Part shown: positions 19,752 to 29,154 of the stretch, in pieces
How the letters are laid out: every line of letters begins with the position of its first letter
How positions within the stretch are numbered: position 1 is the stretch's first letter
Assembly: GCA_963787835.1 (NCBI GenBank)
Contig: CAWBEI010000002.1
Coordinates: forward strand, 896,001-960,000
Length of the DNA stretch: 64,000 nt
Reading direction: 5' to 3'
DNA from: Ignavibacteriota bacterium
GTDB taxonomy: Bacteria > Bacteroidota > Ignavibacteria > Palsa-1295
The notes under the pieces: generated by a model
What the model was told of the DNA's origin: nothing
The model's input: only the letters and a program-made list of their open reading frames with translations
The model's database searches: none
Made by a program: the position numbers and the translations under genes

Positions 19752-20585
19752 ATGACCAAATCGAACCACGTCCCCATCGATCCAAACGCCCCATCCGAAC
19801 CACGCGACATCCTCGAACCGCACGAGCACGTCGATGCGCTGGAACCGCCCGTCATTGAACCGGATGAGATCTTCGAGAACGATCCCGTCCGCGACCGTAC
19901 CCTTCCCAAGCGCCGCCTCGCGCGTGAGCGCGTCATGCAGATACTCTATGCCTTCGACCTCGGCGGCGGCGAGATCGATACCCTCTTTTGGGAACTCGCC
20001 GAACGCGAACTCCGCGAAGCCGACGAACGCGCCGGCATTATTCCCCCTCCTATAGAAGGAGGGGGTCAGGGGGTGGTTCCCAATTCTTTTAATTCTCCCC
20101 CTCCTACGCAGCGAAGCGGAGTAGGAGGCATTACTTCCCAAGGTGCTCCCCCTCCTGCGCAGCGAAGCGGAGTAGGAGGGGGCTGGGGGGTGGTTTCCCC
20201 AGACGATGAACCCAACGATGGCGCGCTCGAATTCGCCCGCGCACTCACACGCGCGCTCACGCAACACCGCGAGGAGATCAACCAGATCATTACCGAAAAG
20301 CTGCAGCGGTGGGAGTTCAGCCGCGTTGCGCTCATCGACCGCATTCTCATTCAGATGGGCATTGCGGAACTGCTCTACTTCCCGGACATCCCGCCGAAAG
20401 CTTCCATTAACGAGCTGATCGAGATCGCTAAGGATTATTCCACCGAGGAGAGCGGGAAGTTTATCAATGGCATCCTGCACGCGATCATGACGCACCTCAC
20501 CGATACCGGCAAAATAAAAAAATCCGGACGCGGGCTGATGGAAGAAAGCCAGAACGGCTACCGCCCCGCAAAACGCAAGCACTAA
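19752..20585 (+). CDS. nusB: Transcription antitermination factor NusB with repeat-derived insertion
   Basis: RRLARERVMQILY, IDRILIQMG, INELIEIAKDYS, FINGIL. Confidence 0.95.
   Translation: MTKSNHVPIDPNAPSEPRDILEPHEHVDALEPPVIEPDEIFENDPVRDRTLPKRRLARERVMQILYAFDLGGGEIDTLFWELAERELREADERAGIIPPPIEGGGQGVVPNSFNSPPPTQRSGVGGITSQGAPPPAQRSGVGGGWGVVSPDDEPNDGALEFARALTRALTQHREEINQIITEKLQRWEFSRVALIDRILIQMGIAELLYFPDIPPKASINELIEIAKDYSTEESGKFINGILHAIMTHLTDTGKIKKSGRGLMEESQNGYRPAKRKH
20043..20194 (+). repeat. Three tandem intragenic palindromic elements in nusB
   Basis: Copies at 20043-20077, 20095-20128 (truncated) and 20146-20194. Confidence 0.92.
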
Positions 20586-20592
20586 TGCGCTG

Positions 20593-21903
20593 CTATTGCT
20601 TTACGAATTTCGCGCGGGAACTGCCATCCGTTACATAATAAATGCCCGGTTCCAGATGGGTGACATCGAGCGTGGTGCCCGAACCCTCCAGCGTAGCACT
20701 CATGCGCTCCCGGCCCATGATGTCGAAAAGATGAATTGTTCCGGATTCGGGGTCCATGATTTGTAACAGATCGTTGGCGGGATTCGGGAAAAGGCGGATG
20801 CTATTACTTAAAGGAGCATTTTGCAGAACACCAGATGGGGATTCAGGCAAAAAGGTTAGCTGACGAACTATCCGCCCGTCGAGTGTGATCTCCCAAAGCG
20901 GCGAAGATTCATCACCATCTTTATGCATGGAAACAGCAAGAGTCGAATCGGTAATAAACTCAGCATAAATACCCCAAAACGAATACATACAAAATGATTT
21001 TTGAAAATTGATAATGATTGGGGATGCAGCCATCGAATCAATCCTGTAAACCCATACTTGTGGAAATATGGTATCAGCGGGAGGACCTTGCCCATTGGGA
21101 CTTACACTAAGCGCCAAAAGCTTCTCATTTGTTGAAAAACTGGCCCATTGTAATAATTCAATGGAAGAGTCAAGCAGGGGCAGAGAAACTGAATTCATGT
21201 AATATGGGCTAAGGCCATATTGTCCATAATATCCCAGAAGATGATAGAGGCCTGATCGGGAATAAGCCTCGGTTCTCAAATCGCCACTCCAAGGCGATGG
21301 GATAATGGACTGCGTTTGCGGACAATATAACATCGTTGAATCGCTATGTAACCGCCAAGAGGATATTTCGAGAGTGTCATTTCCTGAATGCGAATTATAT
21401 TGCCACGAATTCAAGGAAAGCAATTCAACTGTATCGCCGACTGGACCGAAAATATTTGGTGTAATTCGATTACATTCGCCTGTCGATACGCGATATGTAT
21501 AAATATTTCCATAATGATTTAAGCCAGGGTATAACGAATCTGTTAGTAATACACTAATAGCTAAAAGATCGGAATCGTAAGGGCACCACGAAAAATTTCC
21601 ATATGCTAAAACTAATTTGGGAAGTAAAGGTTGAACGATTACTGTTTTCTGCCCCAACGTAGCAAGATCAATGATATAGATAGAATCCGTTTCATCTAAG
21701 GAACAGGCCAATTTCTTTCCATCTGGCGAAAGCGATTGGTACATATCCACAAAGGGTGGAATCCTTCGCCCATTAACTGTAGGTCCTGTATCACCGACTG
21801 GAATAGGGCAACAACATGAGTCCCGCTGGGCAAAAGCGGGATTGACTAACGAAGTCATAGCAGTGAGCATGGCAATGCTCACTGCTAACAAGCTCATTTT
21901 CAT
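20593..21903 (-). CDS. Secreted protein, TolB-like propeller with T9SS-type C-terminal domain
   Basis: Signal peptide, SPDGKKLA repeat, LFPNPA...GIYYV...KFVKQ. Confidence 0.78.
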   Translation of the reverse strand: MKMSLLAVSIAMLTAMTSLVNPAFAQRDSCCCPIPVGDTGPTVNGRRIPPFVDMYQSLSPDGKKLACSLDETDSIYIIDLATLGQKTVIVQPLLPKLVLAYGNFSWCPYDSDLLAISVLLTDSLYPGLNHYGNIYTYRVSTGECNRITPNIFGPVGDTVELLSLNSWQYNSHSGNDTLEISSWRLHSDSTMLYCPQTQSIIPSPWSGDLRTEAYSRSGLYHLLGYYGQYGLSPYYMNSVSLPLLDSSIELLQWASFSTNEKLLALSVSPNGQGPPADTIFPQVWVYRIDSMAASPIIINFQKSFCMYSFWGIYAEFITDSTLAVSMHKDGDESSPLWEITLDGRIVRQLTFLPESPSGVLQNAPLSNSIRLFPNPANDLLQIMDPESGTIHLFDIMGRERMSATLEGSGTTLDVTHLEPGIYYVTDGSSRAKFVKQ

Positions 21904-21904
21904 T

Positions 21905-24388
21905 TTAATGGCGGACTAAAAATTTCGCAGTTTGTGAATCAGTTGGCGTTATCAGACGGCACGAATAGAAACCGTCGGAAAAGTTCGCGGTCTCGATTTG
22001 GAAATCGCTGTGTCCAGCAGTCAAGTTTTGCTCAAGAACTTTGCGGCCCAAAGCGTCGAAAACTTCAAACGTTCCGCGTTCGGATGATGATGAATGGATA
22101 AAGGTTAACGTGGAAGCAATCGAAGGATAGATGGAAAGACTACCATCTTCATTGCGAACTTGTTCGACGGCAGCAGGTGCGGTAGAACTCCCGAAGACCG
22201 TGATATTAATACCCAAGTTAGCAGTGAGCGGAAATTCATTCCAATGCGAGCCACCATCGGAACTTATTTCATACTGGAAGGTATGCGCTTGAACAACTTC
22301 AGAGAAGTTGTGACGTATTCCAGCACGTTTGATATTCGGATAAGCCCCATCTCCACCTTCAGCATCGGTTACTTCCGCCCATGGCTCTTGCATGATCGTA
22401 TTTCCTGGCATCCAGCCATATTGCGTTGCAGATGCAGACCCACCGCCTGTTCCCCATACATATACTTGCTTCGTCCTATCAATGGTTGAAGCATAAGTGA
22501 CCGAACCGATGATTTCACGCTGTTTCCACCAGTAAGTTCCTTTCGTAAGACTTCCGGAATAACCGACGTCCCAAAGCGTTATCGGGTCGGTAGTATGTGC
22601 GGTAATGGAGCTCCAATCACTTTCACTAAGAGCCGAGCCATTGGCGTTCGTAAGATCAGAACCACTGATAGTGTAATGGAACAAGCGATAGGTCTCAATG
22701 GTAGGGTCGAGCATGGTAAACATTTTATCGGCATGCAGGAAGCCCCATCCGGACGATGCCTTCTGGAAATTTTGGGACAATGACCCAGCATTTGCCGACG
22801 ATTCGAGCATTCCTTCCCAATCTTCTGTGAAAGGTTTTAGCGAGCTGGGAATCGAAGGATAGTAACTCATCATCAAGCCGAGCACACCGCTTACATGCGG
22901 AGCAGCAAAGGAAGTACCATACCACGATATAAGATTCTCCGGCATTCCAGACTGCAACATTACGATTGGGTTTGGTGCATCCCCACCTGGTGCAAGGAAG
23001 TCAACATAATCGTTCGTATTAGAGTATGTCTCCCATGACGAATTTGTTATGTCCGACGCACCAACAGCGATGATATCCATTTGGGGGTCATAATCAGAAG
23101 GATAATTTGTGGTGCTGCTACCTTGATTTCCTTTGATCGTTACAAATACCGCACCCTGCCGCGCCGCTTCGGCAATATTCTGACGAAGCGTGTAATCATC
23201 GTCAAATTGCTGAACGCTTGCATTCAAAATCTGGGCTCCATATCCATACTGAGGATGGTTAAGGGTTGGTGGATTTGGTGACTTTCCGACGGCATCCAAA
23301 ACCGCATCCTCAACATCACCTTCCACAACTCCTATATTAATAGCAGGGGTGATTCCACCTGTACCACAACGATAACCAAGGAGGCTAACACCTGTTCCGC
23401 TCTTCCCGCCTCCGGAGCAAGTATTCGTTCCCCATCCTCCAGCAACACCTGCCATTCCCCAATTGGTTGCTCCACCGCAACCAACATTATTTGTAAGCGC
23501 AGCAAGTACGGACGCAACATCTGTACCATGATCTGTAAGAACATACGCTGGAGACATTGTGTGACCATCTATTCCAGTGGGTCCATTTGACGGAACTTCT
23601 TCGTCCCATCCGCCAATAATATGATAACCTGACCCAATCCCGGCACCCATTTCACATTGATTATAATCGATCCCTTGATCTAATACTGCAACCTCAATGC
23701 TCGAGGAACCGACACTGTATGTCCATGCAGTTGGCATCCCAATATTATTTAGGCAATCCTGATTACCGTCTGTATATTGAGGATCGCATGGTGTGATTCC
23801 ACCCGCATGTCCTAACATGTTAGGTCCAGCCATATCCAAAGAAGCTGAATTTGTCAAAAAGAGATCAACGAGTGTAGGAACTACATTTGTATCATTATTG
23901 AAGTGCAGAATCATCCAGTCATAATGATCCATTGGTATTGTATCTCCCCTACGCGTTATACTTAAAGTGTCATAGCAAGGGCTTGCCGTTGTCATTCTGG
24001 TGAGATAACTCCCACCATACGAAAGTAAGATGCTCTTGAGAACTGGGTCTTCAATGATATTAAGTGTGAATTCCTGAGATCTTACTGCTTCTAAACATGT
24101 CCAACAGTATTCTTCGGAATCGTCCAGAACATGGTCGCCTTTTTGCATGGCCCCCATTCCAACAAGCGAACTACAATCGAAACAAAGGGAGTCCTGATTC
24201 AATGTTCCCTTATGAAATTTTAAAATAATCTGATCGTGAAGATAAGTGCTATCAGGCGGGGGAAATGTGTGAACTACAGTATCACCATTTACGGTAATTT
24301 CTTTGTATGTCCACGTTTGTGCTTTGCTCTCTTTTGAACCAATCGAGCAAACAATAATCACGAGGAGAAGGACTCGAAAAGTTTTCAT
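21905..24388 (-). CDS. S8 subtilisin-family protease with T9SS-type C-terminal domain
   Basis: Catalytic motifs VAVLDQG, HGT, GTSFAAPHV; ends YPS...DALGR...KFLVRH; start placed at MKTF. Confidence 0.9.
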   Translation of the reverse strand: MKTFRVLLLVIIVCSIGSKESKAQTWTYKEITVNGDTVVHTFPPPDSTYLHDQIILKFHKGTLNQDSLCFDCSSLVGMGAMQKGDHVLDDSEEYCWTCLEAVRSQEFTLNIIEDPVLKSILLSYGGSYLTRMTTASPCYDTLSITRRGDTIPMDHYDWMILHFNNDTNVVPTLVDLFLTNSASLDMAGPNMLGHAGGITPCDPQYTDGNQDCLNNIGMPTAWTYSVGSSSIEVAVLDQGIDYNQCEMGAGIGSGYHIIGGWDEEVPSNGPTGIDGHTMSPAYVLTDHGTDVASVLAALTNNVGCGGATNWGMAGVAGGWGTNTCSGGGKSGTGVSLLGYRCGTGGITPAINIGVVEGDVEDAVLDAVGKSPNPPTLNHPQYGYGAQILNASVQQFDDDYTLRQNIAEAARQGAVFVTIKGNQGSSTTNYPSDYDPQMDIIAVGASDITNSSWETYSNTNDYVDFLAPGGDAPNPIVMLQSGMPENLISWYGTSFAAPHVSGVLGLMMSYYPSIPSSLKPFTEDWEGMLESSANAGSLSQNFQKASSGWGFLHADKMFTMLDPTIETYRLFHYTISGSDLTNANGSALSESDWSSITAHTTDPITLWDVGYSGSLTKGTYWWKQREIIGSVTYASTIDRTKQVYVWGTGGGSASATQYGWMPGNTIMQEPWAEVTDAEGGDGAYPNIKRAGIRHNFSEVVQAHTFQYEISSDGGSHWNEFPLTANLGINITVFGSSTAPAAVEQVRNEDGSLSIYPSIASTLTFIHSSSSERGTFEVFDALGRKVLEQNLTAGHSDFQIETANFSDGFYSCRLITPTDSQTAKFLVRH

Positions 24389-24579
24389 GGTTTTTTGAAA
24401 AAAATAGTTTGTGAAATGACGATGAGCGTACGAACTTGGACGCCCTTTTTGCAATTCTAAACAGTTTTTCAATATAATCAAATATTTTTAAAAGTCAAGT
24501 TTCTTAGAGAAAGACTGCCGATTAATATAGAATTAATTTATCCGAACCGAACCAATCCACAACCAGCGCGTTAGGTGTT

Positions 24580-24613
24580 TTGCTTTTATAGGCACCCTGT
24601 ATCAATTAAGAAG
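24580..24613 (+). repeat. Direct repeat, left copy
   Basis: TTGCTTTTATAGGCACCCTGTATCAATTAAGAAG, nearly identical to 25687-25719. Confidence 0.8.
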
Positions 24614-24616
24614 CGC

Positions 24617-24763
24617 GTAGGTCGAGCGTCCTCGCTCGACGTGGCAGTCCCCCTTGCCACGCCAAATGGCTTTTTGTGGTGCGATTGTCGGTCAGTCCGG
24701 GTCGAAGGTAGATCATATAGTTCTCTTCATAGCGCGGGGCGGATGTGCGCAGCACGTCCCTAC
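24617..24763. repeat. GTAG-type REP units
   Basis: GTAGGTCGAGCGTCCTCGCTCGAC (repeated at 25398) and GGATGTGCGCAGCACGTCCCTAC (as at 27318-27340). Confidence 0.75.
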
Positions 24764-24898
24764 GGTTCCATGTTGCTGAAGCATACCACCAAGCCGTGAA
24801 CGTGGATTCCCTCAGGATAAATGTGTTACCTGTGAAAAAAAGTGTCTGACCAAATATGGACACGAAGTATCCTGTAAAACTGCCCACACCACGGATCG

Positions 24899-25111
24899 TT
24901 ACCCTGCAGCACCAACAAAGGGGGGTGCGATCTCCAGTTTTCTTAAGTCGATGATCTTGCTCGCGTATTGAAAGATATCAATGCCGACGATATTGCCATC
25001 TTTATCGAAATCGAGCACAACATTTGGCGCAACCTCTTTTGCATCGGCAGACTCCCTATCCGAGAGCGCGATGTACATCGAATCGGTATCTTTGTAATAG
25101 CTGAATTTCAT
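24899..25111 (-). CDS. DUF2283 family protein (putative antitoxin)
   Basis: Y-x-x-x-x-D-x-x-YI-x-L...VVLDFDKDGNIVGIDI. Confidence 0.85.
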   Translation of the reverse strand: MKFSYYKDTDSMYIALSDRESADAKEVAPNVVLDFDKDGNIVGIDIFQYASKIIDLRKLEIAPPFVGAAG

Positions 25112-25371
25112 GTTCTCTTTTCGAGCTTGAAATTGCGGTCCGGAAAGGCATTCAAAACGGTCTCTCCGTCATCCAAGGTGATAACACGAATGTACTTATC
25201 TAATTCCGGTATAAATTTCCAATAACGCCTTCGGCCATCGGGTTGCGCATCGGTGGCATCGGGCCGAGCGATGGCGAGTTCGATCCACTCCTCGCGCAGG
25301 AACGGCCTTCTTTTCCGGACATCGTTCTCAAAATAAGGAGTGGTTTTCACTGGTGGAGGGAACAAGACCAT
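25108..25371 (-). CDS. Putative toxin (DUF4258/BrnT-like)
   Basis: 87 aa, Q-x-DGR-x-RYW...RVI...DGETV-x-NAFPDR; ATGA-coupled to DUF2283. Confidence 0.7.
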   Translation of the reverse strand: MVLFPPPVKTTPYFENDVRKRRPFLREEWIELAIARPDATDAQPDGRRRYWKFIPELDKYIRVITLDDGETVLNAFPDRNFKLEKRT

Positions 25372-25539
25372 CTTTCTTGCCGTGCCCCGAATAGCGCGTA
25401 GGTCGAGCGTCCTCGCTCGAGATGGCAGTCTGTATAAAAGGAAGTATCTGCCACGATCACAAATTCATCGAAAGAGAATTCCACGAGGAAATATGCAGCT
25501 TCCTAAGATCTTCTGGTAAGGGTAGTTCCTGCCTGGTGT

Positions 25540-25637
25540 CCGGTGTACAACGGATTTTAACCCGTTGCTCGCTACTCGCTCAGAATCCTGCACCGGGTTG
25601 AAACCCGGTGTACACACGAAGGTGGTCGGTGTACACC
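25540..25637. repeat. REP-like palindromes (GTGTACA family)
   Basis: GTGTACAACGGATTTTAACCCGTTG and CACCGGGTTGAAACCCGGTGTACAC. Confidence 0.65.
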
Positions 25638-25653
25638 TATTTTTTAGAAATAC

Positions 25654-25682
25654 TTGACATTGTTACTATAAGTCCGTATATT
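25654..25682 (+). promoter_or_regulatory. Sigma70-like promoter
   Basis: TTGACA-17 nt-TATATT. Confidence 0.65.
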
Positions 25683-25694
25683 GCAATTGCTTTG

Positions 25695-25914
25695 ATGGGC
25701 ACCTGTATCAATTAAGAAGTAAGAATTAATAATTAAGAGTGGGTGCTCGGTGGCTCATTGACAACTACGGCGGTGGCTTTCGTTATGAACGAGTTCTGTG
25801 TGATGGCAGAATTATGAATACTTGTTGGAACAAATGGCGAAATTGGCTCACATTCGAGGGTCCGCCATGAGAGATCGGGAACTCACAAGAAAGAAAAACG
25901 GCACCTATTTCTGG
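25695..25914 (+). ncRNA. Candidate structured RNA or leader, copy 1
   Basis: Homologous to 62838-63025; conserved helices with G-U pairs on the + strand. Confidence 0.5.
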
Positions 25915-26017
25915 AAGAATATCTTTATTGTTCTTCTCTTCAGCTTTGGAGTCACGTTGCTGAATTTCGAACGCGCCTGTTTGCAGGTTCGTTGAGCAAG
26001 CCAAGTATTCTGAAAAA

Positions 26018-27292
26018 GTGAGCATGTCTAATTCATCGTCGCCGATGGTTTTATTTCCGAAAAAAGTCATTGCCGCGTGGGGCAGTTTCGATTTTGCGAT
26101 GAGCGCGTTTACGGGCATCATGGTCACGTTCGTGTTCCCGATCTACTTTCGGAGCGTGATCGTCACCAATGGCCACGGGGATTCCATTTGGGGCTTCACG
26201 CTTTCGGCCTCGATGCTGCTGGTGGCTATTTCGTCGCCGCTCTTAGGCGCGATGGCGGATGTGCTGCGCAATAAGAAGGCGTTCTTGGGAATTTTTACAT
26301 CGGTCACGATCGCCTGCACCGTGCTGCTGTATTTTATGGGGCCGGGGATGGTAATGATCGCCGCTGCCCTGTTCATCATTGCGAACGTCGGCTACGAAGG
26401 CGGCACCGTTTTTTACGATGCATTCCTTCCCGAGATCACGACGCCGCAAACGTTCGGGCGTATCTCGGGCATTGGCTATGCCTGCGGCTATGCCGGCTCG
26501 CTGACGATCCTGATCGTCAACCTGCCCTTTTTCGATACGGCGCCGAAATTTACGTTCCTCGTCGCGGCGGCGTTCTATGCTATCTTTGCGCTGCCCCTGT
26601 TCTTTATCGTTCCCGAGCAGCGCCGGAACGGGCATCTGTCGTTTCCGGTGATCGTTCGGCGGGGGTTCGGCCAGCTTACAACAACGGTGCGGCATATTCG
26701 GCAGTATAAGGATGTCACCCGGTTCCTGATGGCGTTCTTTATTTACAACGACGCGCTGCTTACCGTGATCCTGTTTGCGGGAATCTTTGCGAACCAAACG
26801 CTGCATTTTAAGATGATGCAGCTTGCGCTGTGGTTCGGCATGATCCAGATCATCGCGCTCGCCGGCTCGGTTCTCTTTGGGCGATTTGCGGATAAGCACG
26901 GGCCGAAGCTGACGATCACGATCACGCTCATTATCTGGATCGCGGTGGTGACCGGAGCGTATTTCACGACCACGGCAGCGGAGTTCTATGTGGTCGGCGC
27001 GGTAGCAGGAATTTGTTTGGGTTCGAGCCAGGCAAGTTCCCGAGCATTCATGGCACTGCTCACGCCGCCGGAACACGCTGCCGAATTCTTCGGATTTTAC
27101 GATGGGTTTTGCGGCAAGGCAAGTGCGGTTATTGGGCCGATCGTATTCGGGGTGCTATCGGATCTATTTGGCAGTCAACGCCCGGCGATATGGGCGCTGG
27201 CATTGTTCTTTATTATCGGGTTACTCTTGCTTCGCAGAGTGAATGAGAAGCGGGCTGTCCAGGATGAGGTGCTATTGGAGACCACTTCGTAG
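26018..27292 (+). CDS. MFS transporter (UMF1/Atg22-like)
   Basis: W-x-x-FDFA-x-SAF, FYDAFLPEI, GRISG-x-GY, 12 TM segments. Confidence 0.9.
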   Translation: MSMSNSSSPMVLFPKKVIAAWGSFDFAMSAFTGIMVTFVFPIYFRSVIVTNGHGDSIWGFTLSASMLLVAISSPLLGAMADVLRNKKAFLGIFTSVTIACTVLLYFMGPGMVMIAAALFIIANVGYEGGTVFYDAFLPEITTPQTFGRISGIGYACGYAGSLTILIVNLPFFDTAPKFTFLVAAAFYAIFALPLFFIVPEQRRNGHLSFPVIVRRGFGQLTTTVRHIRQYKDVTRFLMAFFIYNDALLTVILFAGIFANQTLHFKMMQLALWFGMIQIIALAGSVLFGRFADKHGPKLTITITLIIWIAVVTGAYFTTTAAEFYVVGAVAGICLGSSQASSRAFMALLTPPEHAAEFFGFYDGFCGKASAVIGPIVFGVLSDLFGSQRPAIWALALFFIIGLLLLRRVNEKRAVQDEVLLETTS

Positions 27293-27340
27293 GGACGTGC
27301 GCATATCGATTTGGGAAGGACGTGCGCAGCACGTCCCTAC
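27289..27340. repeat. GTAG REP doublet between convergent genes
   Basis: GTAGGGACGTGC...GCACGTCCCTAC; contains both stop codons. Confidence 0.8.
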
Positions 27341-28587
27341 ATGTTGAGACGATGTCTCAGTATTTCTAATGCCGCAGCCGCAGCACGTTCGCGGTTTAGC
27401 TTTCGGCCGAAATCGCCCTGAAGTTTTTTGGCGGTCGGCTTTGAGCCTTTTTCCGCAAAAGCAATCCAGATAGTTCCTACGGGTTTTTCTTCTGTTCCGC
27501 CATCGGGCCCAGCAGTACCGGTGACGCCCAGGGCATAATCCGTTCCCAATCGTTCGCAAGCGCCTTCGGCCATTTCGCGGGCGGTTTCTTCGCTGACGGC
27601 GCCGAACTCGTCCAGCGTTTTCTGTTTCACTCCCAACTGGCTCACTTTCACATCATTATCATACGCCACGATGGAACCGCGAAAGACCATGCTAGCGCCG
27701 GGCACGTCTGTTATCATGGTGGCGATCAGACCGCCGGTACAGCTCTCGGCGGTTGAGATGGTTTTGTGCTGCTGTGTCAGCAATTTCACGATACTCGACT
27801 CGAGCGCTTCTTCATCCGCACCATAGATATACTTCCCAGCTCGTTCGCGAAGAATGTTCTCGACACGGGCGACCTCACGCTCTACTTTTTTTCGGTCTTT
27901 TCCATGGCTCGATATGCGCAAGCGAACTCCTCGCGGCCTCGGTAAAAATGCGAGCGTTGTATGCTCGCCGAGAAATGCTTGAGGATCTCCGATCTTTTCC
28001 GCAAGCATGGATTCGCCGATGCCGGTCGTCAGCAACGTTCGGTGCAGGATTACTTCGAGATGCTTTTTATAGGTTTGCCGCAAAAATGGAAGCAGGTGGC
28101 TTTCAACAATTCCCTCCATTTCCTGCGGTACGCCGGGAAGGATGACGAAGGTTTTGTTATTTTCGAATTGGAGCAAACCTGGTGCAGTGCCACGGTTGTT
28201 CGGGAATGCTTTAAAACCTACTGGAACCATTGCCTGCCCCAAATTCGCTTCCGGCATATTGGCATATCCAAGCCGCGCGAAGCGATCGCGAACGGCTTTC
28301 AGCGTTGGTTTATGCAGCGCCATCTTTGCGCGAAAGAATTTTGCAACGGCCGCTTTGGAAATGTCATCATGCGTGGGTCCAAGTCCACCGGTTACGATCA
28401 CAACATCGGATTCCTTCCATGCCCGCCGAAATGCGGCAAGGATAGATTTCAGGTCATCGCCGACCGTGGTTTCGCGCACAGCGGGAATGCCAAGCTCGGA
28501 AAGTTCACGTCCAAGGTAAGCGGCATTCGTATTGGTGACCTGCCCAATAAGTAATTCGTCGCCAATGGTAATGATCTCTGCGCGCAT
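27337..28587 (-). CDS. cinA: CinA / nicotinamide-nucleotide amidohydrolase
   Basis: IGDELLIGQV-x-NTN, GGLGPTHDD, AESCTGG. Confidence 0.95.
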   Translation of the reverse strand: MRAEIITIGDELLIGQVTNTNAAYLGRELSELGIPAVRETTVGDDLKSILAAFRRAWKESDVVIVTGGLGPTHDDISKAAVAKFFRAKMALHKPTLKAVRDRFARLGYANMPEANLGQAMVPVGFKAFPNNRGTAPGLLQFENNKTFVILPGVPQEMEGIVESHLLPFLRQTYKKHLEVILHRTLLTTGIGESMLAEKIGDPQAFLGEHTTLAFLPRPRGVRLRISSHGKDRKKVEREVARVENILRERAGKYIYGADEEALESSIVKLLTQQHKTISTAESCTGGLIATMITDVPGASMVFRGSIVAYDNDVKVSQLGVKQKTLDEFGAVSEETAREMAEGACERLGTDYALGVTGTAGPDGGTEEKPVGTIWIAFAEKGSKPTAKKLQGDFGRKLNRERAAAAALEILRHRLNM

Positions 28588-29147
28588 TAATGCAAGAACG
28601 AGAATAGGTACATCACAAGATGCGCTGAAAAATTTGCATACAGACCGGCAACGACGTCATCCAGCATGATGCCCGTTCCGCCGTGCATCTTTTCGAAATA
28701 TCGGGCTGGAGGGGTCTTTATAATATCAAAAAAACGGAAAAAGAGAAAGGCGAGAATTACAAAAGTAAGATTCCCGGCATACATAAGCGTACTGAGAGCT
28801 ACCCATTGCCCGAGCACTTCATCGATAACAACGATGCCGGGATCTTGCAATTTCAGGGCACGCTCGACCACACCGCCTGACCAAATTCCCGCGACCAACA
28901 CCACAAGGCAGGCGATCGAAAGTACATCGATGTTCTGAAGTGCAGGGATAAAATAATATAGTAGCGCGGCAGCAAAGCTACCAACAGTTCCAGAGCTAAC
29001 AGGTGAAAGACCGGTGTAAAAGAACGTGCCAACAAGAAGCGCGAGTGGAGGAACTGTGTTTAATTCTTGCGGATGCTTCGCCCAAAGCCGCGAGCGCGCT
29101 TTTGTGTACCAATGGAATCGGGACTCTTCCGGCGTGAACTCGCTCAT
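28587..29147 (-). CDS. pgpA: Phosphatidylglycerophosphatase A
   Basis: GT-x-GS, DPGIVVIDEVLG, FRFFDIIK, DDVVAG. Confidence 0.93.
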   Translation of the reverse strand: MSEFTPEESRFHWYTKARSRLWAKHPQELNTVPPLALLVGTFFYTGLSPVSSGTVGSFAAALLYYFIPALQNIDVLSIACLVVLVAGIWSGGVVERALKLQDPGIVVIDEVLGQWVALSTLMYAGNLTFVILAFLFFRFFDIIKTPPARYFEKMHGGTGIMLDDVVAGLYANFSAHLVMYLFSFLH

Positions 29148-29154
29148 ATTTTAA

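Noticed and set aside
19596-20582. 328-aa ORF antisense to nusB
   Set aside because: Shadow of GC-rich codon usage and the stop-free repeats; no recognisable motifs
25783-26127. Minus-strand ORFs 25783-26127 and 62915-63103 sharing GA-x-FLSCEFP
   Set aside because: The similarity comes from the duplicated element; promoter orientation and G-U pairing favour a + strand non-coding role
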